Made by a program: the position numbers and the translations under genes | Shown: in pieces, positions 43,625-57,381 of the stretch | How positions within the stretch are numbered: the first letter of the stretch is position 1 | How the letters are laid out: every line of letters starts with the position of its first letter | NCBI GenBank assembly: GCA_012295275.1 | Contig: CM022669.1 | Location: 3,038,001-3,102,000, forward strand | Direction of reading: 5' to 3' | Length of the DNA: 64,000 nucleotides | From: Chrysomallon squamiferum | Lineage: Eukaryota > Animalia > Mollusca | Notes under the pieces: model-generated | Told to the model about the DNA's origin: nothing | The model's database searches: none | What the model saw: the letters and a program-made list of their open reading frames with translations, nothing else

Positions 43625-44030
43625 AATTATGCCATCAAGACTGAAGGTTACTGAAGCTAGTTTAATGTTTCTGATATTAGAATCTGATACTGGTATTATG
43701 CCACTGAAACTGGCAGCATCACGAGACTGGTATTAAGCCTGAGTTTAACATCTGATACTGATATCATGCCACGAAGTCTGATATTAGAGTATTGAAACTG
43801 ATTTTTCTGTTATTAGTGCTAGTATTATGCCACCGAGTCGGGTATTAAGGCTGTGAGTTAAAAATAAATTATTCCATTAAGGCTGATATTTCTGAGATTG
43901 CTATTACGCCACAGAAGATTTCGCGACTGAGATTGGTGTTGTGCTATGAGGGATGTTACTGAAACTGGTATCTTAAGTTATTCCGCCGCTGAGCTCGTAT
44001 TATGCCACTGAGGGTTTAATACTGACTATA
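43625..44030. repeat. Degenerate ~65-100-bp tandem repeat (tattatgccac...actg core)
   Basis: Core recurs about six times. Confidence 0.6.
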
Positions 44031-44937
44031 AAACTGCAGAACACCTCCCCCTCCGAAACAAAACCCGGTTAAATAAATAACCGATATGAACTTTTCTTCC
44101 GTTTGTAATTATTAAACTAGGCCTATTTTTCTTCATCAACGTAGCAAAGCTGGAAAAGGGTTTTAAATAGAATTGTCATGTGCATTGTATATGTGTGAAT
44201 GTGTCCTGTCTGTGTATATGTGGGTGTTTGTGGATTGTTAAATATATATGTATGTGTGTATCTGTGAATATAATATATGTATGTATGTATGTATGTATAT
44301 ATATAATATATGTATGTGTGTTAATGTATGTATATACGTCTGTGTTTATGTATGCACTTTTTAACTCACTTTTTTCTAATGACAGCTTATTTATAAAATG
44401 TATATTAACCAGTCAACATTTCTTAGAACGGTTTGTTTAGTTTTAAACTCTGAGAGTTCATCAAAACATACTGTGAATGTAAAACAGAAATGTAAATTTT
44501 GACTCTGGCTTGTAAGAAATATAAAATTTGTATAACATCTTACATAATAATGACATCAGAGTTTAATCAAATGAATCCCCAAGTCAAATGCTATAAAATC
44601 AAACAAAACAGTGCAATCAGTTTAAACCTATTACTTGCACTGCATTTAAAAATTGACTTTTTGAAGCTTATCGTGAAAATCTTGCACACACAGCTGTTTG
44701 GAGTCGCAGTGATTGAAATATCTGAACAAACATAGAAACAAACAAAGCCGACCTAGATCTGAGTGGCATTTGATTCAGAATAACCAAGTATTCCGAGTAT
44801 CCCAAGTAACTTGACTTGATTTTCTGGGACATGTTCCATATGTGAGCGTATTCTTATTTAATTTTATTTATTGCTGATGCACTGGATAATCAACAATAAA
44901 CACAATCTTCATCATTATTATCTTCATCATCATCATC

Positions 44938-44969
<32 letters not shown>

Positions 44970-46805
44970 TATCATTATCGTGATCATCATTATCTTCATC
45001 ATCATTATTATTATATTATTATAGAATGTAGATGTCATAACATTTTTTTCAAAATCAGATCATGATTATTACTCGTACAGTTTTGGTTATGCTAATATTT
45101 TCACATCAACTGAATACGCAAGTATGCTTCTCCTGCAGATGCGGTCTAGAAGATTTGTTAATCAGAGAAGATTAGTATTACTGAGTTAGATGATAATCTG
45201 GAGAGCAGAAAGGCTTTGAGTCAAACAATAGCTTTCTAGCCGCATCGTGCTTTGTTTGGCGATGTCTGGTGTAGTATACTGATTATAATTTGTACTTTGC
45301 TAGAGTATCAGAATGCTCTTTGGGTACTGCGTGCTTTGCTTACATCCGCTCTCTCGTTTCTGTGTTTGTGTTTTTTTGTGACTGTTTTCCCTTCAATATG
45401 TACTGGAATTATGTTTTCCCTTTCATTTTCCTATGGCATACTTCTGTTCTTTCTAGATATATACGTATGGCTTTAGCGTGTTTTAGGTTAGGTAAGTGAC
45501 TCAGGCTGTGGTAATTCCGACTTGCATCGAAAATCGCCTTACGTCGGAACGTAGAAACGGATCTCCGAGTAACTCGATGACCACGTGTAGTTAATAAACT
45601 GGGTGAATCCAAGATATATTTGAAATGGCGTTCACAAGCAGAAGAAGACGCTCTGAGCCTAGATTTTATTATTATTGTAACTTTCTATCATCGGATATTA
45701 CAAATGATACATTTTGGCTATTTCTGAAAATAGCTACATTTTTTTAATTAGGTGCAAATGTGATTCTGCATGCATGTTAAAAAACATTCAGATTCTGTTA
45801 AAGTCTAGCTGTCATTTTAACAGTTTAGCAAAAAATAACCTTAAAAAAAATTTTAAACATTTTAATCAATTTATTTTAACAATAAGTAAATGTTTTAATT
45901 TTTCTTATAAAACACAGAAAAGAACCTAGTCCGTTTAACCGTTCGACTAAAGTTTTTTCTGTGCAAAACTGGATGCTTAGTTTTTGACCTTCATATATAG
46001 GCTGTCATTTCAGTTTCAATTCCCAAGATTTCCCGAGCTTTTCTTCGATCACGATCAACCCTTTCAACAACCAATTTTCAACTACGGTAAGATTTCCAAA
46101 TTTTGCGTCATGTGCACCCGTAGCCACCCGAACCTAACCAAAGTCACAGTCAACCTAGGTTGTAGCCTACGTTCTTTTTTAGCGTGTATAACTCTTGTTT
46201 ACGTTGTTTTTATGTCTGTATGTTATTTTTACATTATTATATTACTGTATTCAATAGCTGTTATGTCTACTAAACTTTAATGTTTCGGTAAAGTTTAGTA
46301 TTAATGTTTACATTCGCAATTTCCCACTTTTCCATTTCTAGACCGGTGCTCCCCTTATTAGTCCATGAAACTGATCAACAGGTAACTAAACTGCGTTTGT
46401 CTAACAGTAAATCATAATCCAGCAAAATCCCATTATTTGAATATTATATAATTTGGATTATATGTTTTGAATGTGAATAAATAAATAAATAATGTTATAT
46501 CTGTTGCCCTTAATATTACTATGAATATCGGGAAAACTATCCAATATAGCTCCTACAAAACAAAAATAGAAATAAAAGACAAGAAGACAACAATAACAAA
46601 AAGAAGAAAAAAAATTGAAACTTATTGTTGCAACGAAATGAAATGAAAATACAAGTAAACTATATATAAATATCTTCTTTTTTTTTTCTTTTTGTTTCCA
46701 TATTTTTGGCAATATGAAAAATCGGATTTTAACATCATATACTAGAAAAAGTCTATTTAAAATTTTACGTGAACCAAATACTTAATAAATAGAGAGTTAG
46801 TAATG

Positions 46806-46965
46806 CAAAAGGAGAAAATAACAACGTCCAAGGAACACGCTGTTAAGAGACCTCCAAAGGAACATTAAGAAAACAGGTTACACTTGGAGACAGCATGAAA
46901 TAAAAACACAGACTAGACAACCCTGAAACGCCCTGTGTGTGCCTCAGAAGGGTCAATGGACACTA
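46806..46965 (+). mobile_element. RTE-clade LINE 3'-end remnant
   Basis: Translates as KRRK*QRPRNTLLRDLQRNIKKTGYTWRQHEIKTQTRQP*NAL, matching the typical RTE ORF C-terminus (KRxRGRPxxTWRRD...GYTWxxxE..AQDR..W..L). Confidence 0.7.
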
Positions 46966-48243
46966 GTAATTAGGGCTGAGTATTGCAAATTAGAATCATT
47001 AAAGGTTTTTTATTAATACAATCAATATTAACTAATTTTATTTAAGAAGGTCAAAATTAGACAAATGAACTACAACAATATTTATATCAAAGTTAAACAC
47101 CAAACTTAAAAACATTTCCAGTCACTGCGAAAGGCAACCTTATTACATTTGCATATGTTTATTTTGCCTAGAGTTTCACCCTCAAAAGATCAACTTTAGT
47201 TATTAGCCATAAGCTATGTTGTAGGAACATTAAATAGAGTAAATGTATTCGACACTTTTACTGCTGTTAATGCAAAGATTGAAATTCACAGAACTTGAAG
47301 ACTTTTAGAAAACTGATATATGGAAATGAAACAGTTATCACCAACTTTGATATGGTTTGTTAGCATATCTCTTAGACAAGAAATTCGTTTAACTGAAGTA
47401 AAAACGCAAAATAATTTGTGTCTTTACTTTAGTTAGCTGCCAGATCGAACTAAACACGAACGGGTTCGAGTCTACATGACGTAAATTTAAATTTTGTGCA
47501 GATCCACTTTGATGTACTGACTGAATTTGCTTAAAATAAAAGAAATAATAATAATTTTGGACAAATTAATATTTTCCATGATATAATATATAAAGTATAT
47601 CTCGGTGAAAGAGCCATGCAAACAGTCGTCTCAATTAGCAATTAACCCAGAAATAAGAAAAAAGTTTGGTTAAAACAAAAAATAATTAATAATAATAATA
47701 TAATATATATATATATATATAAAAGAAGAAGAAGAAGAAGAAGAAATATGTTATAATTTTATAAACGACGTGAATATAGGTTGAACTGAATATCAACATC
47801 ATACCTAATCATCATTAATACTTGCATCATTGTCGTACTTTGGTAGCCGTAGAGATTATTTGCAAAGCTTTAGACATCTTGTAAAAGAAATTAAACTTGT
47901 ACGACAAATCAATATTGGAAATATGTTTCTCCCGAACACAGAACGTGAAACCTGTTGTATGTTTCCTGGCTTTATTAAAATCCACAGAATAAATCACTCG
48001 AAATTGTTGAGTGCAAGGCATGTTCAGTAAACGTGTATTCATTACAACCAGTAAGGAAATACGGTCTGACTCGTCTTTAAATTGCCATTTATCCTGTTAC
48101 TTGAGATAACATTCAATGACAGTCACAGGTATCAACAGCAGCTGTTCTTCATATAATGCATTATTAGCCATAACCAACCAACTGAAAATATGTTCACAAA
48201 TCTGTTTCCGACATTTTAAAAAGGAAATATAATAATAAAATAA

Positions 48244-48379
<136 letters not shown>

Positions 48380-49897
48380 ATAATAATAAATAAATAAATA
48401 AATAAGCACATGAACAAAATATATAACGGAAAAAACAGGTAGCTATAAAATGACTAAAGTATTTGTCAGTGGTAGATAGACTTACTGAACGAAAAAAAGT
48501 ATATATATTTTGTTTTCTTCTCATGCCTTTGCTGTAGATAATGAAAAATGTTTGGTTCATATTAAATAATATGGCCACGTTTTATGGCGTTGGAGCTAGT
48601 TATAGAGCTGATATGCTTTACCAATACTATATTTATGACGTATTTGGCCTCCACATTATTTTATGCACACTTTTTTCAAGTAAATACAGATATAATGAGA
48701 TTGCTGATGTTAAAAACATAAATACAGATATAATGAGATTGCTGATGTTAAAAACATAACAAAGATCGCAAATAAATAAATAAATAAATAAAAAAATATA
48801 AATAATAATATAAAATATAGGAAAAGAATAAGAATAAGAAAAGTGAACATCTTAATTTTGTGGCAGTATTTTGGCTCTTCTCAGTTCCTCAGTAGATAAA
48901 ACTGATTTGTTTTATATACTCATTGTAGGTTAATTATCTATAAGCGACCAAACGCTTTGGCTATCACACTGTGCAGTTTAAACAAGCAGTTTTTATTTAT
49001 CAAGTAACAGCGTAAATACCCGACACTGTCTGAGACCGTTCCGGCAACCTTTCGGTGAAAATAACAGAAAATTAAGTGTAGCTATTTGCTGCTATAAAAT
49101 AAAAATGGTCACTCCTGATACTGAGAAAAAAGATGAAAGCCAATCCCCGAAGAAAACAGGCGAGGTGACCAATCATGTGCCTTGTAGTAGCAAACATGTT
49201 GCGACAAAGAAAGCTGATACCAGTGACCAGATTTCACATTCTAGCTGATAGCCAGTGACCAGATTTCACATTCTAGCTGGAAGCGCAAACCCTGGGTGAC
49301 ACGTATAATCTCTAAGGACTTTCCCTGCCAACTGTTGGTTATCCTGTCATGTTAGGTAGATCTACGTCATAGCGGGCCGAATATAAAATTAAGGTTCTTT
49401 TCGTTCCTATAATTTACACTTACTGATTAATAACAAGTTATTTTATAAATTATGTAATTTCTCTCTATGGATAAACTATTATAAAATATTATAATTATGA
49501 TGTTTATTAAGCGATAAAGGTTGAGCTATGAGTGACGCTAAAGGGTTTTATTTTCATAAGATCATTATAAAGTCACATGATTGACAGCTAACTTGAGTTA
49601 ACATAATAATAGGTCCAGCTATTTTATAAATTAATTTACAAAATGAAAATATAATAGTGATAATAAAAATAATAATAACAACAACAACAATCATATGATG
49701 ATGATGATGATGATGATGATGTTAGGCATATAATCCACGTAGGCAAAGAGTACAAAAAATAAATGCAATTAAAACTGCCAGTAATAGTTATCCCAGTGTT
49801 AATGATATTCCTTTTATTTACTTACTTACTTATTTATTTATTTCTTCTTATTTTCTTATTTTATATGTATACACCCACACACACATACACACATACA

Positions 49898-49943
<46 letters not shown>

Positions 49944-50004
49944 TACATACATCGCATCTTAACTGTGTATTTATTATCGTTTCTATTACTTAAAAAATAT
50001 TAAG

Positions 50005-50113
<109 letters not shown>

Positions 50114-50277
50114 CTAATGTCTGGAACGTGATTTAAGAGAGTGTAATGAGAATACAATAACTAAATGTGCAACATTTTACTCTTTTGGCGAGCGCTTTAT
50201 CACTTAAATACTGAATTCATAATCCTGAAATCATTGATTGTTAACAAACAAAACAGTTACAAATTAATATTACTCAC

Positions 50278-50380
50278 CTTTACATTTCTAAAAGGTTTCA
50301 AGAGTTAATAGCTTTGTTTACACGGTTTTGTCTTTATGAGTTTATAATTGTTATGACGTCACGTCTTCTTAGCAACGTCA
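50278..50380 (-). promoter_or_regulatory. Candidate promoter plus short non-coding exon (possibly of the chitin-binding gene)
   Basis: Palindromic CRE TGACGTCA at 50354-50361, minus-strand TATAAA at 50341-50346, and donor AAG|GTGAGT at 50278. Confidence 0.35.
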
Positions 50381-50450
50381 TGTCTATGTAACTACATGTG
50401 TGTTTTGTTTACAACTTTTTGGAATTGGAAAAATAGAAAAGTATCGTAAG

Positions 50451-50508
<58 letters not shown>

Positions 50509-51831
50509 TGGTGTCGTTGTTATTTAAATAATAAAAAAGATAATAGATTCACAATTTAAAATTCTTTCTTCACAGAATGAAATTTGTTTTTGGCGAAAAG
50601 CACAAACAAAAATATAATTATGACTGAACTTGAATTTGGATAATTAAAACGTGGATAAACTACCGGTTCTATTTTACATTTTACAAAATTAGTTTTTACA
50701 AGAACGTAAAACCAGCGTCAAACATTGCCCATTATAATAAAAATGTTTTACCTATTTTATTTCATATTAACTTTAATTAAGACATACTTGCATTTTTGTT
50801 TAAACTATATTACATATTTCATTACTTCATGAAAGAATGCAGCTATTAACCACACATCCAAACACACAATGGCTATGTGCGTATCTGCCTCTTTCCATCC
50901 ATCCATCTATCCGTCCATCTAAATATCTATCTGTTTATCTATCAGTACTAATGTTTTCGACATCATACTTGATACAATGTAGTAAGAATATTTAAAAAAA
51001 AAAAAAGGTGGTAAGGTGAAATGTACTTATTTTTATTATTAAATAATTATCGTTTTGAAAACAGTTACACAAAGATTTTGTTTCATATGAAGACGTGAAA
51101 TACTCCTTTGGAAATAAATAATTTTCCTTTGAAATAGAGTAATACAAAATAATTAGATAAATACTAGTAATTATCCAGAAGTTTCAGCTAGATGTAAACG
51201 GGATTATGAAAGAGAAAAGTAATAAAATAAATATGATAGCAGTATTATTAACATCGTTCTCACTGTCCATAACAATACATTTCAAAATTAAAATTTACTA
51301 TGAAACGCAAAATTTTCCTTTGCATATATGGATCGCTAGGCACATTAAAATAGGCGACTGAAAAAGATGTTTACTCAGTTTTTAATTATTTTGCTAATTA
51401 TTATTATTTTTGAAAGCATTTTATCAGTCAGTAGTGTTAGTTTTGTTCTCACGACTTCTTCCTTTAGTTTTTCGATATTAATACTGTCAGACTGTTTCAA
51501 ATCAGTTCTTAACATCATTACCACCAGCGTGAAATTTCAGTATCTAAATATATTGCAAGATAAACAGGATCATTATAAAGTCCTTGAGAATTTAAAATTT
51601 TTATAACTTCTCATCTGTGCAAAGAGAAACAAGAAAATAATTCTAAGATTTATGAATATATTTATCGAGACTTAATTTTGAACAAGACAAACTTTTTATA
51701 GATCAGTTCTAATAAAGACTTTGTAAATCATGTATTACTCTAATTACAGTGGGGGGATGTAAGATAATCAAGTTATAGCGCAGTGCCTCACAATCAGAAT
51801 AGGCATCTCATTATTATACTTTATTATTATT

Positions 51832-51875
<44 letters not shown>

Positions 51876-52459
51876 ATCATCATCATCATCAACGTCATAA
51901 CCATTATCATCATCATCATCATCATCATCATCGTTAATTTTATTATTATCCAATATTTTAATATAATTAGCATAATTAAATAATCTGATTAACAATATTT
52001 AACATTTAAAAAATTAGACATAACATTTTAAAGTGATTTGATTAGTTAATAATTAATTTTCAGTTTTAGTTTTCTATTTAAATATCTTCACACTGATTAT
52101 TATTTTAAATGTGCAGCGACATTTTTATTTTGCATCTTGATCAGTTCAGTTATTACGGAGTTGTATTAATTGTTAACAATTAGCAAGAAGCAACTTAAAC
52201 ATCTAGATTTAACCAGTCCCCGCTCCTGTATTTGTCTGTTAAACCACCAGTTAATTTGGCAGCACTTGTTCTGAAACGAGAGAACAGTGGGATAACTGTT
52301 TTGTTTTTCTGAAATGTTTCTATATTGTGTGTTAACAATATTTTCTTTGTGTCTTATTTTGAATGCTCATTACTTCTCATTGCTGGTAATGATGCTAAAA
52401 TATTCTATTCTAACTGGGAATTCTCGTCCTGAACTCTCATTCATCATTTCATGATCAAA

Positions 52460-52495
<36 letters not shown>

Positions 52496-52562
52496 GTTAT
52501 TGTTGTTGTTGTTGTTACTGTTATTGTTATTATTTATTGTTATTGTTATTGTTATTATTTTA

Positions 52563-52631
<69 letters not shown>

Positions 52632-52990
52632 CTGAAAATTCTCCTATATCTTGCCCTGTCTCATTGTGGTGATGGGGGACGGGGTTGTTCTAATTCTGAA
52701 TATGACCAGTTTACAAAAATATGAATTCATTTAGAGAGGAATACTACCTAGTAAATTCAAATAATGATAGTTCAATACATTTCTATATTACAGTTATCTA
52801 CATATGAAATTTTTATCAGACCATTAATAAGCCAGGTTGGAGCACTGGTTGGAACGTGAAGAAGCCCTACAAAGACTTCGATCATTTATACACCAGAGAT
52901 TTGTTACAGAAAAAAATACGTTCGTTTCAGTTCACAGAAAATGTTTATTAACGTTAGGATTCTGCCCAACTTGTAAAATAATTTCTATAA

Positions 52991-53021
<31 letters not shown>

Positions 53022-53109
53022 ATTTTATTTAATTTATAAATGATAAATACTAACTTTATAATTAGTATTTGTCACTTATAATTATATAAATAAATATCTG
53101 ACCCATAAA

Positions 53110-53358
53110 GGAGACGAAGCATAGCTCTTTTACAAGATGCACTCTAGAGTTTTTATCGTTCCAGCTAATGCTCCACACATGATGTATCAAAAGCTATGGA
53201 TGCACTGTTCTGTTTGTAGCCTGGTGAATATAAAGTATTTTATTTTATTATTATTTTCTGTTGTTGTTGTTGCTAATTGGAAACAGTTTCCTCTCTGGTG
53301 GTCTTAACCGTGTGTTCGAACACTCTACATGCTGAGCTAAATAAAACATTTCCTTCCT
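53110..53358 (+). mobile_element. Decayed SINE (tRNA-derived type recalled from gastropod genomes); further fragments near 42405-42455 and 52835-52860
   Basis: Segments tcgttccagctaatgctccac...ggtgaatataaag...gctaattggaaa...tttcctctct..ggtcttaacc...aaataaaacatttccttcc resemble a common gastropod SINE body and tail; recognition from memory, no search run. Confidence 0.5.
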
Positions 53359-53504
53359 GTCTCAACCGTCAAAACTGTGTGAGAGGAGTATGTTAGAATA
53401 ACGTTTTAAAAAGTGTGTGTAGTTGTAGTTAATAATACGAGTAGAGAGAATACACTAGGCCTAGAAACAGTGGTAGTAGCAGCTGCAGTATTAAGCGTAA
53501 TGGC

Positions 53505-53589
<85 letters not shown>

Positions 53590-53615
53590 GTAGAATAATA
53601 ATAATAATAATAATA

Positions 53616-53652
<37 letters not shown>

Positions 53653-53763
53653 GTAATAGTAGTAGAAAGTAGTAGTAATAATAGTAGTAGAAGTAGAAGT
53701 AGAAGTAGTATGAATAATAGTAGTAGTAGTAGTAGAGTAGTAGAAGTAGAAGTAGTAGAATAA

Positions 53764-53808
<45 letters not shown>

Positions 53809-53844
53809 AATAGTAGTAGTAGTAGAAGTAGTAGTAGTAGAATA

Positions 53845-53881
<37 letters not shown>

Positions 53882-53990
53882 AATAGTAGTAGAATAATAG
53901 TAGTAGTAGTAGTAGTAGTAATATAAGTAGTAGAAGTAGTAGTAGAATGAATAATAATAGTAGTAGTAGTAGAAGTGTAGTAGTAGAGAT
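53505..53990. repeat. (AAT)n/(AGT)n compound microsatellite
   Basis: Direct reading. Confidence 0.9.
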
Positions 53991-55895
53991 TATTAATATA
54001 TTAGTAATTAATAACAAAACAAATATTTAGTATTAACAGTATTAAGTAGTGGTAATAGATACATATTTGATACCCCTTCACCAAATAATGCTACCGCACA
54101 AAATATAAAATTTTCTAAAATCTGAAATTGCTGTAAACAAAAACGGTTTTCTAAATCGCCCTGCAACAAATCCTCGTGCTCATAACGCGACACTCGGTAC
54201 TGGAATAAAACAAATCTAGAACAAACATTAAACTCTCTCTTTTGAAATTAGTAATACGACTTGCATATTAGGTTTCAGTAAAATAAATGCTACAAATACG
54301 TACTTAAATAAAATATGTTTCTTCTAATAATCGAGACTGTTGTCATACTATGAAAGAGTAACCGAATATTTAAAACAAGTTCTTGGGACAAGGGTAAAAA
54401 ACGAGCACTATAAACATGTGTAAACTTTCATTTAGATAAAAGCAGGGATTTATCTGGTATCATAAACAATAATTATAATTTTATTAATTAATTTATTATT
54501 AATATAAAATACTATATTTTACAGAACGAAGCTTTATGTATATATGTATGTATGTCTTTGCTTTAATTTTTTTTTTGGGGTGAGGTGCTATTTTTGAGGG
54601 GGTTATGGGGGGCTGTTGGATCATAACATCCGTAACCTAACATTATTTTAGATAAGGTCTTGCTTAAGAATTTATTAAATTATTTTCTTCTTAATCTGAT
54701 GCCATTTATTTTTCTGCTTTAATTCCCAACATTTCTTCTAACCTTCACATAATTATGATACACTTTAAAACTCACCTTGTTACGTTGAATCATATTTGTT
54801 TACTTTTTGTTGTTATTGTTTAATTCTGAGTATAATGTATATTTTTGCTTGTTAACTTTAAAAGTTTATGTATAAGCTAGATGCAGCAGTAACAATAGTA
54901 GCAAGAAGTTGTTACTGATGATGCTAACGGTGTACAATTATTAGGATATTCTATTATTCTACAATACTAGACAGACTACTTTAATAAACAAAATGTACTA
55001 ATTTATATAACCTTATTATTAATATGAAAGATTTCGTGTGTGAGTGCTTGTCTGTAGGTGTGTAAGTGAGTTTTGTGTGTGCGTGCATTGCGCGTTTGTT
55101 TGGGTTTTTTGTTCGCAGGTTTATGTGTGAATCAGAAGATTCTATGTTTTGCGTTTTGTTACTACGTACCGTGGTTATTCTTGTGTATTTATTATATAAC
55201 GTAGGAAATCCTGGTACTGTGAATCAGTGAGCTAACTCTTGCGAGCAGAGCTTGTGTAGTTTTAAATCAGCACCTTCCAACAGAGGAAAGCAACACCTCC
55301 ACATGCGTGCTACTTGTCCATATAGGAAATATTTGCATGTAACGGAGGGTGCATGCGTGCGTGCATTTGTGTTTGTATATATATATATGTATGTATGTAT
55401 GTGTGTATGTATATATGTATGTATGTATGTATGTATATATATATGCAGCTATGTATCTGTGTATGTAAGCCATTGTTTATATGTGTGTGAGTATGTACAG
55501 TTTCTGAATGTTCCTGTGTTCACTTGTGTTTGTACATGTAAATATGTATGCGGCTGTATGTATATTTGAATGTTTATATTTGTGTGCATGCGAGGTGTGT
55601 GCGCGTGCATGTTAGGTTTAGTGAAAAGCTAATTTAATATCAAAGTAACAGGTTTATATAACGTGACTGAAATATCAGCGAGTCAGTTTGACAGGTTGCT
55701 ACTTTCATTCAACAAGGATTCGAACTATTCTGATTAAACAACCTGTGTTCATCACACACTGACTCAGGCTGGACAGACTCACTACAAATTATTTAACTAA
55801 TGTTTTGTTATTCGTTTGTTTAACCACATGGCAATAGGTACTGAATCATTATGATTTTTAAATTTATTTATTTATTTATTTATTATTATTATATT

Positions 55896-55929
<34 letters not shown>

Positions 55930-56500
55930 CGCGCCAATTTGCTGATTGCTTCGTACATGTGTATTATATAGTGCAAAAGACGGATATAACAACAACAAAA
56001 AATTATACATAGACAAAATAACAAAAAAAAAAAAAAAAAAAAAAAAAACAAAATACTGAAAGAGAAAGAAAAAAGAAAAGAAAATCCACCAAAGTACTTA
56101 TTATTGTTAGTCTTTTCTTGAATCAGTGCCTAAACATATCGAATCGGATCGAAAATGGCCGAAGCAGACAAAAAAAGCACCATTATAGCACTTTTGTATT
56201 TGTTTATTTCAGACATGCATCTAGTTATTAGCTAATCTTTTGAGATAATCAGATTTTAAACTTTTACATGTTTCCTCAAGTTAATGTTTGAAGTTAAGTG
56301 TTTAAAATAGGAACTAGGATCAATAAATATTTTATAATTTTAAAATTATTTTAAACAGTTCAGATTATTCGAAATAAGTAATACACCATCATAACATTCA
56401 CGGATTAGTTTATTATAACTTCATATTTACAATGGTAAAGAGACAGTTCAGAGTTTAAGGTCAGTGAACTTCAAACGCTCGCCTAATTCCCTGGCCTCAC

Positions 56501-56882
56501 CTTGGACGTATCTACCCCTCTCTAAGTTTGGACGTATCTACCCTGTCTAAGTTTGGACGTATCTAAGTTTGGACGTATCTACCCCTGTCTAAGTTTGGAC
56601 GTATCTACCGCTGTCTAAGTTTGGACGTATCTACCGCTGTCTAAGTTTGGACGTATCTACCGCTGTCTAAGTTTGGACGTATCTACCGCTGTCTAAGTTT
56701 GGACGTATCTACCGCTGTCTAAGTTTGGACGTATCTACCGCTGTCTAAGTTTGGACGTATCTACCGCTGTCTAAGTTTGGACGTATCTACCGCTGTCTAA
56801 GTTTGGACGTATCTACCGCTCTAAGTTTGGACGTATCTACCGCTGTCTAAGTTTGGACGTATCTACCGCTGTCTAAGTTTGG
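56501..56882. repeat. 26-bp minisatellite (gtctaagtttggacgtatctaccgct), ~14 copies
   Basis: Near-identical head-to-tail units with no spacers. Confidence 0.95.
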
Positions 56883-57309
56883 AAAACAAGGCGTATGACG
56901 CGCAAGAGAACAGACAGCTTTGTTCTTATAGCGAAGTGAAACTAAATGTAGTTTGAAATAAATAAAACAAAGTACAGTAATGTCAATGTAAGGACCGTTT
57001 CGGTCTGATTCATATTTTTATGCATCCTTCTTGAAATTATTCTTTATTTTTCAAAAACATAAACATACAGGTTTTTGGTGGTTTTATTCAAAGACCAAGA
57101 GGAATTTTATCTCATTTTTCTCTTTTATATATTTTGCACAGTATTCAAGTTTATAAACGGACTGCCCATTTAAGAAGATATATTCAAGAAAGAACTAATT
57201 ATAACTTGAAAAAAAAAAAAAAAACATTGGAAAATATAACCGCTTTAACAAGGTAAAATGACTCTTATATGTTGTTAGGTAAAAAGAACGTAAAAAAAAT
57301 AAAAATAAA

Positions 57310-57381
<72 letters not shown>

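Noticed and set aside
48683-48758. Exact 38-bp tandem duplication
   Set aside because: Simple local slippage duplication with no associated feature
53406-54017. 203-aa hydrophobic ORF and similar poly-I/L/Y/T/H ORFs (8347-8640, 48097-48578, 51768-51995, 52451-52724)
   Set aside because: Trinucleotide microsatellite translations
56501-56882. CRISPR-like appearance of the 26-bp repeat
   Set aside because: Units are head-to-tail with no unique spacers, there are no cas genes, and the context is eukaryotic
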